64,000 nt of DNA from Octopus sinensis (lineage: Eukaryota): positions 25,110,001-25,174,000 of the forward strand of contig NC_043000.1 in NCBI RefSeq assembly GCF_006345805.1, read 5' to 3'. The translations under genes were made by a program, and so were the position numbers. The notes under the pieces were generated by a model. That model was not told the origin of the DNA. It made no database searches and saw nothing but the letters and a program-made list of their open reading frames with translations. Positions 23,680-36,680 of this stretch are shown in pieces. Position 1 is the first letter of the stretch; each line of letters starts with the position of its first letter.

Positions 23680-24408
23680 TTCTTCTCTAAGCACAAGGCC
23701 CGAAATTTTGGGAGAGTGGGGGGGGAGGCGGCTAGTCGATTAGATCGACCCCAGTACGCAACTAGTACTTAATTTATCTACCCCGAAAGGATGAAAGGCA
23801 AAGTCGACCTCGGCGGAATTTGAACTCAGAAATCCACAAGGGTCAAAACACAGAGGAGACAAACAAGGACAGACAGACGGATTAAGTCGATTATATCAAC
23901 ACCAGTGCGTAACTGGTACTTATTTAATTGACCCCGAAAGGATGAAATGCAAAGTCGACCTCGGCGGAATTTGAACTCAAAACATAGCGGCAGACGAAAT
24001 ACTTATTTTTTTTACTACTCACAAGGGGCTAAACACAGAAGGGACAAACAAGGACAGACAAACAGATTAAGTCGATTATATCGACCCCAGTGTTAAACTG
24101 GTACTTAATTTATCGACCCCGAAAGGATGAAAAGCAAAGTCAACCTCAGAACGTAGCGGCAGACGAAATACCTATTTCTTTACTACCCACAAGGGGCTAA
24201 ACACAGAGGGGACAAACAAGGACAGATCATAGGTATTAAGTCGATTACATCGACCCCAGTGCCTAACTGGTACTTAATTTATCGACCCCGAAAGGATGAA
24301 AGGCAAAGTCGACCTCGGCGGAATTTGAACTCTGAACGTAACGACAGACGAAATACGGCTAAGCGCATTTCGCCCGACGTGCTAACGTTTCTGCCAGCTC
24401 GCCGCCTT
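23680..24408 (-). mobile_element. SINE-D head-to-tail tetramer
   Basis: Four repeats of gtcgattanatcgacccc...ccccgaaaggatgaaaggcaaagtcgacctcggcggaatttgaactc; only the rightmost keeps the full head (gctaacgtttctgccagctcgccgcctt). Confidence 0.9.
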
Positions 24409-24899
24409 AAAAACTCATATACATATCTTATAGTAACAATGAAAAGCAATTTCAAGAAAACTTTATCACCGTATTTTAATTATTCTTCAAACAACAACTA
24501 AAATATAATATAAAATATATGTTCCATCTTTCTGCCAGGAATATGTCTTCTCCTGTTGATGTTTTCCACAAGACTTCTCCATTTCCCTCTTGACGTGTCC
24601 ATTGTATTCTTTGAAAACCTGTTATTATTTGGAACATGGAAGAAAATTATTTCTGTTAATACCGTGCCGTTCTTCCTGTTATTTATCTTCGCCTTCGTTG
24701 TTCTTCTGGTTTTCGCCATTGTTGATATCATTCATTGTTGTTGTTGTTGCTGTTGTTGTTGTTAGCATTGTTGATTTCCTTTTCGCTTTGATTTGTTTTT
24801 GTTTGGTTTCGCCTCCTCCTCCTCCTCCTGCTCTCAATGTCTTTTTTTTTTTACATTTTTTTTCTTTTTTCTATATTTCTATATTTTTCTTTCTCTTTC

Positions 24900-25282
24900 A
24901 CGCGTATGTATGTATGTATGTATGTATGTATGTATGTATGTATGTGTATGTATGTATGTGTATGTATGTATGTATGTATGTATGTATGTATGTATGTATG
25001 TATGTATGTATGTATGTATGTATGTGTGTGTATGTATGAATTTGTGTGTATGTATGTATGTATGTATGTATGCATGCATGTATGAATGTGTATGTATGTG
25101 TACATTATGTAATTGTGTAAGTGTGTGTATATATATTCATATATGTATATTCATATATATATATAATATATACACATATATATACATATATATATACATA
25201 TATATATATATACATATATATATACATATATATATATATACATATATATATACATATATATATATATATACATATATAATAC

Positions 25283-25316
<34 letters not shown>

Positions 25317-25321
25317 CTATA

Positions 25322-25355
<34 letters not shown>

Positions 25356-25435
25356 CATATATATATACATATATATATAATACATATATATATACATATA
25401 TATATAATATATATATATATATACATATATAATAC

Positions 25436-25466
<31 letters not shown>

Positions 25467-25517
25467 CATATATATATACATATACATATATATACATATA
25501 TATACATACATACATAT

Positions 25518-25575
<58 letters not shown>

Positions 25576-25630
25576 ATATATTATATATATATATATATAT
25601 ACATATGTGTGTGTGTATGTATTTGTGCAT
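24900..25630. repeat. (TATG)n and (TA/TACA)n microsatellite block
   Basis: Directly visible; source of several spurious YI/MYVC ORFs. Confidence 0.95.
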
Positions 25631-26139
25631 ACATACATACATGCTCGCACAGGGACATACATACCTATATAGACACATTCACCACCCCATGCACGCCCAC
25701 ACATGCACACGACAATGTGCAAATTCACCCAGACGGATATATTTGTGTTTCAAAATTTTAATTTAGATTCTCTAGAATTTTTCGGAATGGTGAAACTGTA
25801 TTGTTTCAAACAATGGAGACGTTTAGGTTGGACAAGTATCTTTTGTGCTCATTGAAAATTATTTTTGACATTCATTTTTTTCAACGTTGAATGGTTTGGA
25901 TAGGTCTACAAATGTTTGAATATTAGCATAAATTGTTGGAGCAGGTGATTATTTCGCAGACGTCCCCAAATTCTTTTTAACAACAAACGCTTGAAATAGC
26001 AGTCGTGTTTCCCTCAATTCATACCCTACAGTTTTGAAAGAAAAGGTTAAGTTTGATAGTGTATGCCTAGACTGAAAATAAAACAGGGTAGCCATACCTG
26101 GCACGCCTTCGATCATTGGGCTGTTGATTCAAGCTTGAC

Positions 26140-26700
26140 CTATCTGTCTGTCTGTCTGTCTCTTTCTGTCTGTTTTTGTCACTCTCTCTCTCTCACTTTC
26201 TCTCCTCTCTCTCTCTCTCTCTCTCATCCTATTTCCTCCTCGTCTGTCTCTCCCCTTCTCTCTCTCCTTCTCTCTCTCCTGTCTCTCCTTTTCTCTCTCG
26301 TCTCTCTCTTCTTCTCTCTCTCTTTCTCTCATATCTCTTTCCCCCTCTCTCTCTTTCTCTCATATCTCTTTCCCTCTCTCTTTCTTTCTCTCACCTCTCT
26401 TTCCCTCTCTCTTTCCTCTTCTCTCTTGCCATATCTCCGCTATCTCTCTTTCTCTCTCTTTCCTTCTCTCTCCCTCTCTCTCCTTCTCTCTCCTTCTCTT
26501 TCTCCTGTCTCTCCTTCTCTCTCTCTTTATTTCTCTCTCCCTCTCTCTCCTTCTCTCTCCTTCTCTTTCCTTCTCTCTCCTCTCTCTTTCCTTCTCTCTC
26601 CTCTCTCTTTCCTTCTCTCTCCTCTCTCTTTCCTTCTCTCTCCTCTCTCTTTCCTTCTCTCTCCCTCTCTCCCTCCCACTCACTCCTTCTCCTTTCTCTC
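26140..26700. repeat. Polypyrimidine (CT-rich) tract with a ~23-bp higher-order repeat
   Basis: About 560 bp almost purely C/T on +; tctctttccttctctctcctc repeated about four times at 26560-26660. Confidence 0.9.
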
Positions 26701-27309
26701 CATCCTGGTCCATTTTCATAAACAACATTTCACAATCTAACCGATGTTGTACATTCAACACCGAACAATCCGTTTCCGACACTGCTCCCTAAGATCAACG
26801 CCTTTACTGAACCTAACACTGCAGACGACTGGAGCCACATTAACTTAAGACACCCCTGTTTCCCCGAAAAAAGCTCTTCCAATACGAAGCTTTATTTTCG
26901 TGATTCAGGACAATAACCCGAGAAATATTCTTCTCCAAGCCGGACCAATCAAAATTAATCTTTCTTAAACACAAAACGCTATCAGTTGAGAGAATATGCA
27001 CTCTTACAATTATCCATTATAAAAGAGAGCAATGTCCAACGTTTATATCTTCCGCTTGTGTTTTCGCTATTGTCTGAACAATTTCAGTACAAGCTTTGAA
27101 AAGAAGCATTTTAATTGTTTCACTGACTTCAGTCAAGTTCATGTACTGCTTCTCAAGCTAATTAGTGTCTTTGTCTGAAAGATTTTCCTCTGTTTGCAAT
27201 GTCACTGCGCACAAAAACCCGTAACAATAGAAAGTCGAGCTACTGAGACGTATATGATATATACAATCGTTTAAACAATATATGATTATTTAGATTCGTG
27301 TCACCAACA

Positions 27310-27575
27310 CACATTACTTTGGTTTTTAATTCAATGATTTTTAAAGTAATTTTTTTCAGATATAGTTTTAAAATCTTTGGGCTGTGAAGAAGCTTTCACT
27401 CTAAAATTCTTAACCGGAGTGCATAGGGGTCGGTCCATTTATGATCTTGTTAAAATTTCTCAACAAACATTACTTTGGTTTTTAATTCACTGATTTTTAA
27501 AGTAATATTTTTCAGATATAGTTTAAAAACCTTTGAGTTGTGAAGAAGCTTTCACTTTAAAATTCTTAACCGGAG
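27310..27575 (+). repeat. ~115-bp direct duplication, period ~155 bp
   Basis: acattactttggtttttaattca...aaattcttaaccggagt at ~27311 and ~27466. Confidence 0.9.
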
Positions 27576-27614
27576 TACGCACGTCCCTTAGGGGTTCATT
27601 TATAATATACGCAC

Positions 27615-27674
<60 letters not shown>

Positions 27675-27749
27675 TTGTATGTCGGGATGGTCACTTTATT
27701 TATTTATTTTTTTTTACCAAATAAACACATGCACTATATATATATTTTT

Positions 27750-28035
27750 TTTCACTCATTTATTTCTGTTCTTATTTTATTATTTTAATTCATGCCCATT
27801 GTCCGGAAATCTTTCATCACACATCTGTGACCTCTTTAGCGACACTTTTCGTTTCCGTGTGTGTTCTTGCTCCACTTACTCAATTCTCAGTAGTAGTGGA
27901 GTAAGTGGAGCAAGAACACACATGAAAACAAAAAGTGTCGCTGAAGAGGTCACAGATGTGTGATGAAAGATTTCTGGTCAATGGACAGGCATTAAGATAA
28001 AATTTTTAAAAATAACAGTAATAAACAACTGAAGA
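27750..28035. mobile_element. Head-to-head palindrome of a second hammerhead-bearing family
   Basis: Centre gctccacttactc-N17-gagtaagtggagc. Plus arm gtgtcgCTGAAGAggtcacagatgtgtgatGAAAgatttc (27941); minus arm has CTAAAGA. A single decayed arm lies at 18060-18180. Confidence 0.75.
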
Positions 28036-28044
28036 ATAAACAAC

Positions 28045-28430
28045 AGCCGGATCCTCAGAGAAGAGAACACGACACGCAGGATTCAATTCGGAGAATCGTG
28101 GAATATAACCAAAACAGTCTGAGCTGACGCTCTCGAATCATACAAGTAACCGGACGTATTGAAGTGTCTGAGTATAGTCACTGGTTGCATACATAATCCA
28201 ACCAATGGTAACCCATTATCCTGCGAAGCGTCCTTGTACTAAAGGAGCTCAGACAGCTCCTAAGGGCTCTGGACAATGTCCAATTCTCGCAACTATAGTA
28301 GAGCAAGACAGAGAAGACCAGAAACCTGAAACCCGAACCTTCGTCCTCCAACTCAGATATCGTTGGCGCCAAAACTCTCTTGTCCAGTGACTTCATAACT
28401 GCACCAACATATTCAAGTTTTTTAAGACTT
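28045..28430 (-). pseudogene. RTE-clade LINE ORF2 C-terminal fragment
   Basis: FLVFSVLLYYSCENWTLSRALRSCLSSFSTRTLRRIMGYHWLDYVCNQ, continuing IRERQLRLFG. Confidence 0.85.
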
Positions 28431-30244
28431 CGGACTCGCAGCTAGTATTGCTACGGGTCACATTGCTGAGATAAGTAAAGCGGTCTTAGTTTGAAACATG
28501 TCACATACCTGAAGCATGTAAAATAACCCATTGATTTTTGTTGTTGGGACCCAGGTCGGTATATTTTCTTTTCCTTTTTTTCTCTTTCTTCACATGTAAT
28601 ATTCTGAACTATATTGTCTAACGTGGCATTTTTGTTTCATCGTAATTTGAGGGAGATTTGATTGCTATTTCTAACAGGTTGAACGACCCTGTCTATGCAT
28701 ATACATTTACTTCTTGTATGGTCCTATATTAAAGCTGTTAAGTGTTGCAATGTTTTCAATGCTAAGCAGCGTTGTGTAGAACCAAACAATGCTATAAGAA
28801 TATAAAAATAACTTAGACGGAATCTTTCCGAGGATATAGTCAAGCATAAAAAGAATTGTAATCACTACAGGATCAGTAAACAAAGGGACAAATAATTCAG
28901 GCAGTTTTCCAGAACAGCAAATCAGGTATCTTTAAAAATACAAAGAAAATGGTAAGAATACATGCCGAAAAGGGGTGAAAATGTGAGAATTAGCGAGTAA
29001 ATTTTTCTTTCTTGCAACATGCAATATATTGTGGATGACTGTCTGAGAGATAAACATAATTTGCTTTCAGTTATAGAAAATCTAAACTTAACTTGCCAGA
29101 AGTGCTAGAAACCCCAGGGCTGGCTTGCTTTGTATATCAAGCAACAGTTTTGAGCATGGAAAAATAGATACGAAACTATTGATGATAATGTTTATGGAAA
29201 CAGAATGAAAGAAAAAAGTAACGCTGGCTTTAGACTTTATCGTTTATTATCATTGTTTTATCTTTTAAATCATGCTCTGTTTTTAGAGTTTTGGCACAGT
29301 TTTCCCTGGAGGGCAAACCATTTCTTCTAAATACAAAGCAGCGAAGTATAAATGCCAACTGACTTTCTTTGTATAGAAATGTAATTACTCTGGCTTCATG
29401 TCAACATGGAGAATTTCCAGAAAGTTCTCCATATTGAAATTCTCGAAAAATAAAAATAAAAAAACAACTGCATAAATCACAACAGCAATAATATTAATAA
29501 AACAACAAATTCGTGTAAGTGGTTAACTATTGACATTTTCTGGGAAAATAATCACTTCCTTAGCATTACCGCACAAAATGAAACAAATATGGAATAATGT
29601 TTTGTTTATATATTTTTTTTAATCGGTTAAAAATAAGGTATAAAATAATATCTTATCTTTTTTTTACAGAAAATAAACAGAGAATATTTCTCAAGATTCT
29701 AAGTTAACAAAAGACAAAATATTTTCTTTCATAAGTAATAAATAATAGTTTGTTTGAATCGAAATGTCTACGTAAATATATTTTGAAGAAGTTAGATCTG
29801 TATATTATTAACCGTTAGTCCATGATGTGACATAGAAATATAAATAACTCTTCAATTCTGTATGTATTATTTATTTTAGATTTATTCTATCGTAAAAATG
29901 AATTGATTTGATGTAAAGCATATGATAAATTTGCATTCAAGTATTGTAGAAAGATATGTAGATATACTACATTCTGCAGATTCGGTCGTCTGCCTGATAA
30001 CAAGTCAAATTGTTGTGATTTCATATTCTGTCACGGGGATTGCATTGTAAGTGAGAGTTACTTTTCTATCATTCATCAATTGAGTTCATTTTATCTTAGG
30101 TAGTTAAGCTTGTGTTAATATATTAAAGTAGGATATACAATACATATTTTTTAATTTTCTTTCAGCCCTAGGACTCCTAAGCGATATCGCAACATTCCCT
30201 TTGAATGTCGATCCGTTGCGGAGTTGAAGCCCAGCAATTTTAAG

Positions 30245-30425
30245 AGAAGGCGATAAGTCGATTACATCTACTCCAATATTTGACTGGTACTTAATTTTAT
30301 GGCCTTCGAAGGCACAAAAGGCAAAATTGACTTCGGAGGAGTTTGAATTCAGAACGCAAAGGACCGGAAGTAATGCCGGTAAGCATTTGGCTCGACGCGC
30401 AAACGATTTTGTCAGGTTACCGCCA
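30245..30425 (-). mobile_element. Degenerate SINE-D
   Basis: aagtcgattacatc...actggtacttaatttt...ggcaaaattgacttcgg...tttgaattcagaacg. Confidence 0.7.
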
Positions 30426-30714
30426 TATATATAAAACATAGAACAGGAATTAATATAGACATCTGAAACAGCCGAAATTAAAATGTTAGTGTGTATAACA
30501 TTCTTATTGTGTATACAAATGTAGAACGGCACTGTCTGTAACATCTTGTCTGAGAGAAAATTCTCAAAGATATTTATAAAACTCGAGTCCTCTCGACGCA
30601 TTATTCTGAGACAAAATATCACAGTTAGTGGCGTTTCACGTTTACGAAGATATTATAAATGTGTATAAACTGGATATTGTTATGTAGAGAAGAAAAACAT
30701 AATATTATTCTGTT

Positions 30715-31005
30715 ACTGGTTCCAGCCTTTGGACTACAGCCATACTGTGGCCAGGCCTTGATTGGTTAAGTCGAACAAAACGACCCCGGTACTTTTTTAA
30801 AGCCTGGTCTTTATTCTATTGGACTGCCCGAGCTGAACTGCTAAGTCACGGAGGAGTAAACAAACCAACGCCGGCTTTCTAGCGGTGGCAACACACACAC
30901 ACAAACACATGCACATACACACACACAGATGTATGTACACGTACATACATATATAAATACATTGACAACGGGCTTCCATAGAGTTTCCGCCAACTAAATT
31001 CACTG
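30715..31005 (-). mobile_element. Degenerate SINE-A
   Basis: cagccatactg...ttattctattgg...ctgctaagtcacgg...aaacaaaccaacgccgg...acgggcttccatagagtttcc. Confidence 0.65.
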
Positions 31006-31105
31006 TGTACGCGTGTATATGTATGTATGCATGTATGTGAGTGCATACATACATTGAAATACATTATGCAGACATACATATATTCACATGAATATGAGTC
31101 AGTCA

Positions 31106-31205
<100 letters not shown>

Positions 31206-31292
31206 TAGTGGTTTTATCTCTAATTTTATATATATATTTATACACATATACATATACACACACACACACACATACACACACATATATATATA

Positions 31293-31480
31293 TAGTTAAT
31301 CCAAACATGAAAACACAAAAAGAAAGGAACAGTATAGTGTTATTGGACGCTCAGGAAAGGAAAGAAAGAAGGAGGATTTAACGTTTCGAGTGGAGCTCTT
31401 CGTCAGAAACATAGGAAAAGGAAAGATCCAAGGAAGAGAAGACGAAGGAAAAAATCGCCAACTATACACACGCAGTCATA
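31293..31480 (-). mobile_element. Hammerhead-bearing repeat (family G) ending in (TA)n
   Basis: Reverse complement tgtttCTGACGAagagctccactcGAAAcgttaaa (31375-31411); collinear with 49855-50066. Confidence 0.8.
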
Positions 31481-32329
31481 TATGTTTATATGCCAACAGA
31501 ACGTGGCAGTGCTGTGAAGGACGATAGATATATCGAAGTTTTGATAGTAATTTTGAGCTGAGACTATTTGTTAAAGGTATTACATCGCGAAAGAGCCACT
31601 TCGGCCCACAACAAACAAACACACACACTATTAAATTAACTTTGATTTACTTTTATCAAGCACCAAAATTTTCGGTCCACAACTATGACCTGGCTGCTGA
31701 CATAGAGTCGCCAAACAAATTGAGGAAATTCTCCTAGTGGAGTCGAGTTTATTTTCAAATTTTCAAACGTTGCGTAGGTGTGTTTAAGAAAGAAAGGTAC
31801 GTGAGAAGCGAAGATTCGCTTGGATCGAGTATAAGAAAAAAAAACAAAAAAAACATCCAGTTTCCAGTAAGAAAATCTGCGTTTGAAGAGAAAGTGCCTG
31901 TTAAGTGTTAATTCCGAAGAGCATCGATTGTTGTAAACAAAATGGACAACTTATGGTTTGAGGCAACAACTTGAAAGGATATCAAGCAGTGAATTTGGTG
32001 TTTGAGATCAAAGAAATTTAGGAAGCGATATCTTTGATTGTAAATCGTGATTTCGAAAAGAATTTAACTGATGTATCATGATCAGAAAAGATAGAATAAG
32101 TTAGGATAATCTATGTTTCAACAGCATCTGTTCTTTGAGATATTGGGAGAAAATTCTTTACATCTACCTGAGATCAACGGAACGACTTTCTCACGCCCAC
32201 ACATTGTCCGTTCAGTGTTTGTAAAAGAAAAATGCTTTGATAGTAAGATAGTCTGCCTGCATGTCTGCCTGTCTGCCCCCCCTCTCACTCTCTCTCTTTC
32301 TCTCTCACCACTAGTTATATTGATTTCAT

Positions 32330-33010
32330 ATTTTGGCACAAGGCCAGCAATTTCAGAGAAGTGGGTAAGTTGATTACATTGATTCCAGTACTCAACTGGT
32401 CCTTATTTTATCAACTTCGAAATGATGAAACGCAAAGTCGACCTCGGCATTTGAACTCAGAACGTAAAGACGGACAAAATGCCGCTAATTATTTTGTTCG
32501 GCTTATTAATGATTCTGCCGGCTCGCCGCCCTACGCTACAAATCATATCAACGAAAAAGCTGTCAAATTTTAATGTTGTGCTTAAATAATTCTATGTTAC
32601 TGCTTGATATACCACTTTATCTAAGGCAGTGAATTGGCAGAAATGTTAGCACGCCGGGCGAAATGCTTGGCAGTACTTTGTCTGCCGCTACGTTCTGAGT
32701 TCAAATTCCGCCGAGGTCGACTTTTTCCTTTTATCCTTCTGCGGGTCGATAAATTAAGTACCAGTGAAACACTGGGTTCGATGTAATCGACTAGTCCTCT
32801 CCCCACAAATTTCAGGCCTTGTGCCTATAGTAGAAAGGATATATCAAAATATTTATTCTGTAAGGCGGCGAGCGAGCAGAATCGTTAGTCGTCGGGCAAG
32901 ATGCTTAACGGCATTTCGCCCGTCTTTACATTCTGAGTTCAAATTCCCCCGAGGTTGACTTTGCCTTTTATCCTTCTGTGGGTCGATAAAATAAGTATCA
33001 GTGAAACACT
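32330..33010. mobile_element. Cluster of three SINE-D copies (32330-32530 minus; 32625-32830 and 32860-33010 plus)
   Basis: Heads aaggcagtgaattggcagaaatgttagcacgccggg and aaggcggcgagcgagcagaatcgttag; B-box gagttcaaattcc. Confidence 0.85.
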
Positions 33011-33405
33011 GGGGCCTTGTGACAAAATTTGAAACCATTATATCTATTTTCTGTAGACTTAAAAAAGATAGAGCTAAGTCAATACGGTGTTGGGCAACTG
33101 ATCTGTGTGTACAAAGCTTAACTCATCAACGTATCTACGACTTATGCTTACAAAGCTTGTTTATAGTTAGCAAATGTTTCATATAAACGATAGGCCTAAT
33201 CTATCAAGGGAGATCCAGAATCAGTCGTCTTGCTTTCAACAGTATTTAATCTACATTTCATATTACTGTATCGAGCCCTAGGGCTCACAGGGCCAGTCAC
33301 TCAATTTCCATGACGTGTAAGTGGCCGAAATCGCAACATTCCTTCTATTCGGAAGGCTAGTCCGTCTCAGGGTTACCCATTTACTGTTGAAAATACTAGA
33401 GCAAA

Positions 33406-33848
33406 TAGGTGTAGGAGTGGCTGTGTGGTATGTAACTTGCTTACGAACCACATGGTTCCGGGTTCAGTCCCACTGCGTGGCACCTTAAGCAAGTATCTTC
33501 TACTATAGCCTTGGGCCGACCAAAGACTTGTGAGTGGATTTGATAGACGGAAACTGAAAGAAGCCTGTCGTATATATGTATATATATGTATGTATGTGTG
33601 TGTGTGTGGTGTGTGTGTGTGTATGTTTGTGTGTCTGTGTTTGTCCCCCCAACATCGCTTGACAACCGATGCCGGTGTGTTTACGTCCCCGTTTACTTAG
33701 CGGTTCGGCAAAAGTGACCGATAGAATAAGTACTAGGCTTACAAAGAATACGTCCTGGGGACGATTTGCTCGACCAAAAGGCGGTGCTCCAGCATGGCCG
33801 CAGTCACATGACTGAAACAAATAAAAGAGTAAAAGAGAGTAAAGAGAG
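33406..33848 (+). mobile_element. Full-length SINE-A
   Basis: Collinear with 12599-13010; ends aaaagagtaaaagagagt. Confidence 0.92.
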
Positions 33849-34535
33849 CAACGCGCAATGAAGTATTTTGTTCACAAACACAACGCACCGCTAAGTCCGA
33901 GAATCGGAACCGCGATCTTGCGATCGTGAGGGCAGTACCTTCACCACTAGGCGACGCGTCTTCGCCATTGGACAGCTGGGACACAGAGGCTGTTTTTAAT
34001 TAGCAAGTGTTTCATATAAACGGTTGGCCTATTCTGTTTAAGGGACATCCTTAGTCGGCTTGTTTTTAGCCGTGTTTAACATATATTTTGTCTTAATTAA
34101 ATTATACAGATTCCCGGGCTCCACCAAACCATCTTTTCAATTCAGTGAATAAATCAAATGAACCATTTACAGATGTCTACACGTAATGTAGAGGAGGGGG
34201 AGTGGTGTGGAGACAATACTAGAGACAGCGAATTAATATCTATACTAGTCTTAGACAATTCAAGCCAAACCAATTAAATATGTTAGTCTAGCAACGCAAG
34301 TGATGAATAGCATTAATCGATCGCTCTCACCGAAGTTTCTACATTATAGCAATATTATTTCCTATATTTCAGAGACAAGGCTATGAAATTTTTTGATGAC
34401 GTCTAAAAGTTGTCATACAAATTTTAGTGTTTTAAATATGGCGGGCGGAAAACAACTCCACCACCCTCGCCGCCTTCGCTAAACTTAACCACTTAACAGT
34501 AGTATACCAGATGGAAAACATCTTCCAACAGTATT

Positions 34536-34769
34536 TATTTCTTTATTGCCCACAGGGGGCTAAACATAGAGGGGACAAACAAGGACAGACAAACGGATTA
34601 AGTCGATTAGATCGACCCCAGTGCGTAACTGGTACTTAATTTATCGACCCCGAAAGGATGAAAGGCAAAGTCGACCTCGGTGGAATTTGAACTCAGAACG
34701 TAACGGCAGACGAAATACCGCTAAGAATTTTCCCCGGCGTGCTAACGATTCTGCCAGCTCACATATATT
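34536..34769 (-). mobile_element. SINE-D monomer with 13-bp TSD
   Basis: Flanked by ttccaacagtatt at 34523-34535 and 34770-34782. Confidence 0.9.
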
Positions 34770-35127
34770 TTCCAACAGTATTAGTTAGTTAATTCTCCCC
34801 GTGCCACGAGGCACATAAGGCCGCAACACAATCTCTCCAACCAGTTCAGCTCTGTTTGCTGTCACTGTTCTCATCTCACTCCAGCTTCTTCATCCTTCTC
34901 ATCTCCTTTCCTCGTCAATAGTCCTTCTCCATGTGGCTTTAGGGCGGCCTACTGCTCTTTCCCCCCTCATGATTCCACCTTAGTGCCATCATACAATCGC
35001 TCTCTCGATCTCGTCAGAAGACTTGCCACATCTAGACCCTGCATCTGCATCATATTTCATTAATGATCCTGTTGATGCCCGTTACCGTCTCAATTGTGCC
35101 ATTCCGGATCTTTGCAACCATTTGATG

Positions 35128-35293
35128 CACTAGCGTAACTAAAGTGTGTGCCGCTCGGGGCGGCCCTTCCGTTCGCCGCCCCCGGATCCCACAAAAAACA
35201 TATATTTTCTATCATTGCCAATAGCAGACCTAAAAGTGCTGTCCGGGGCTGATCGCCCCTACCGCATCCCCCCACCGCCTAGCTACACCAGTG
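35128..35293. mobile_element. hAT-type MITE
   Basis: TIR cactagcgtaacta...tagctacaccagtg; 8-bp TSD atttgatg/acttgatg. Confidence 0.8.
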
Positions 35294-35414
35294 ACTTGAT
35301 GTCAAATGTTCTCCCTAAGCTTCTGAACTTGTAGCAGGCCATTGCTTTTTCTTTCATTTTCTTCACTTCCCAGTTTTCACATCTTCCTGAAGTATATCAG
35401 TTTGAAAAATATCC

Positions 35415-35830
35415 GTTTCTACTCTAGGCACAAGGCCCGAAAGTCTTAGGGAGGGGTGAAGTCGATTAGATCGAATCCAGTATGCAACTAGTATTTAATT
35501 TATCGACCCTGAAAGGATGAAAAGTAAAGTCGACCTCGGCGGAATTTGAACTCAGAACGTAACGGCAGACGAAATACCTATTTCTTTACTACCCACAAGG
35601 GGCTAAACACAGAGAGGACAAACAAACGGATTAAGTCGATTATATCGACTCCAGTGCGTAACTGGTACTTATTTAATCGACCCCAAAAGGATGAAAGGCA
35701 AAGTCGACCTCGGCGGAATTTGAACTCAGAACGTAGCGGCAGACGAAAAATCGTTTCTAACATAGACACAAGGAATTTCGAGAGTAGGGAGCAATTAATA
35801 ATATCAACCCCAGCACCTGACTGGTACTTT
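35415..35830 (-). mobile_element. SINE-D dimer plus degenerate third unit
   Basis: Internal junction ggcagacgaaatacctatttctttactacccacaagggg at ~35565-35600. Confidence 0.85.
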
Positions 35831-36110
35831 ATTTGGTGCTACTTTGGTATGCGATCCACGAGTCATGAAACTGCTTTGGTATGCGATCTACACTTTATAT
35901 TGTGACCTACAACAAGAGAAGTTATACATAGCAAGAATAGCTTTTTTACCTGATGTTCGTTCGATTAGTAAACTTGTTTCAAATCTGCTTCATTTTAATT
36001 TTATTAAATAAATGTATAAAAATGTAAGAATTTTTTATTTAAATAAATAAATGAAACGTACCCCGCATACTAAAGTAGAATTTGACTCTTGTAGATCACA
36101 TTGGCTACCT

Positions 36111-36245
36111 GGCACTCCGTCGGTTACGACGACGAGGGTTCCAGTTGATCCGATCAACGAAACTGCCAGCTCGTGAAATTAACGTGCAAGTGACTGAGCG
36201 CCCTACAGATACGTGTACCCTTAACATAGTTCTGCGGGAGAGTTG
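36111..36245 (-). mobile_element. Isolated SINE tail type 2
   Basis: ggcactccgtcggttacgacgacgagggttccagttgatccgatcaac is the reverse complement of the end of 36302-36680. Confidence 0.85.
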
Positions 36246-36301
36246 AACCCCCTTTTATTGTTTCATTTCTCTTGGCACTTTATCTTAATATAATGTTCTT
36301 A

Positions 36302-36680
36302 TGTGGAGCGCAATGGCCCAGTGGGTATGGCAGTGGACTCGCGGTCGTAGGATCGCAGTTTCGATTCCCAGACTGGGCGTTGTGAGTGTTTATTGAGTGA
36401 AAACACCTAAAGCTCCACGATGCTCCGACAGGGGGTGGTTGCGAACCCTGCTGTACTCTTTCACTACAACTTTCTCTCATTCTTTCTTCCCGTTTCTGTT
36501 GTACTTGTATTTTAAAGGGCCAGCCTTGTCACACTCTGTGTCACGCTGAATCTCCCGAGAACTACGTTAAGAGTACACGTGTCTGTGTAGTGCTCATCCA
36601 CTTGCACGTTAACTTCACGAGCTGGCTGTTCAGTTGATCGGATTAACTGGAGCCCTCGTCGTCGTAACCGACGGAGTGCT
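36302..36680 (+). mobile_element. SINE-B head with tail type 2
   Basis: SINE-B head to ctttctctcattctttctt, then gttgtacttgtattttaaagggccagcc...gtcgtaaccgacggagtgct. Confidence 0.88.

Noticed and set aside
23680-24408. SINE-D arrays, the 155-bp triple and the 30-bp array as CRISPR-like
   Set aside because: No unique spacers, eukaryotic context and no cas genes.
30104-30622. 172-aa minus-strand ORF
   Set aside because: Runs through a degenerate SINE-D and has no recognisable domain.
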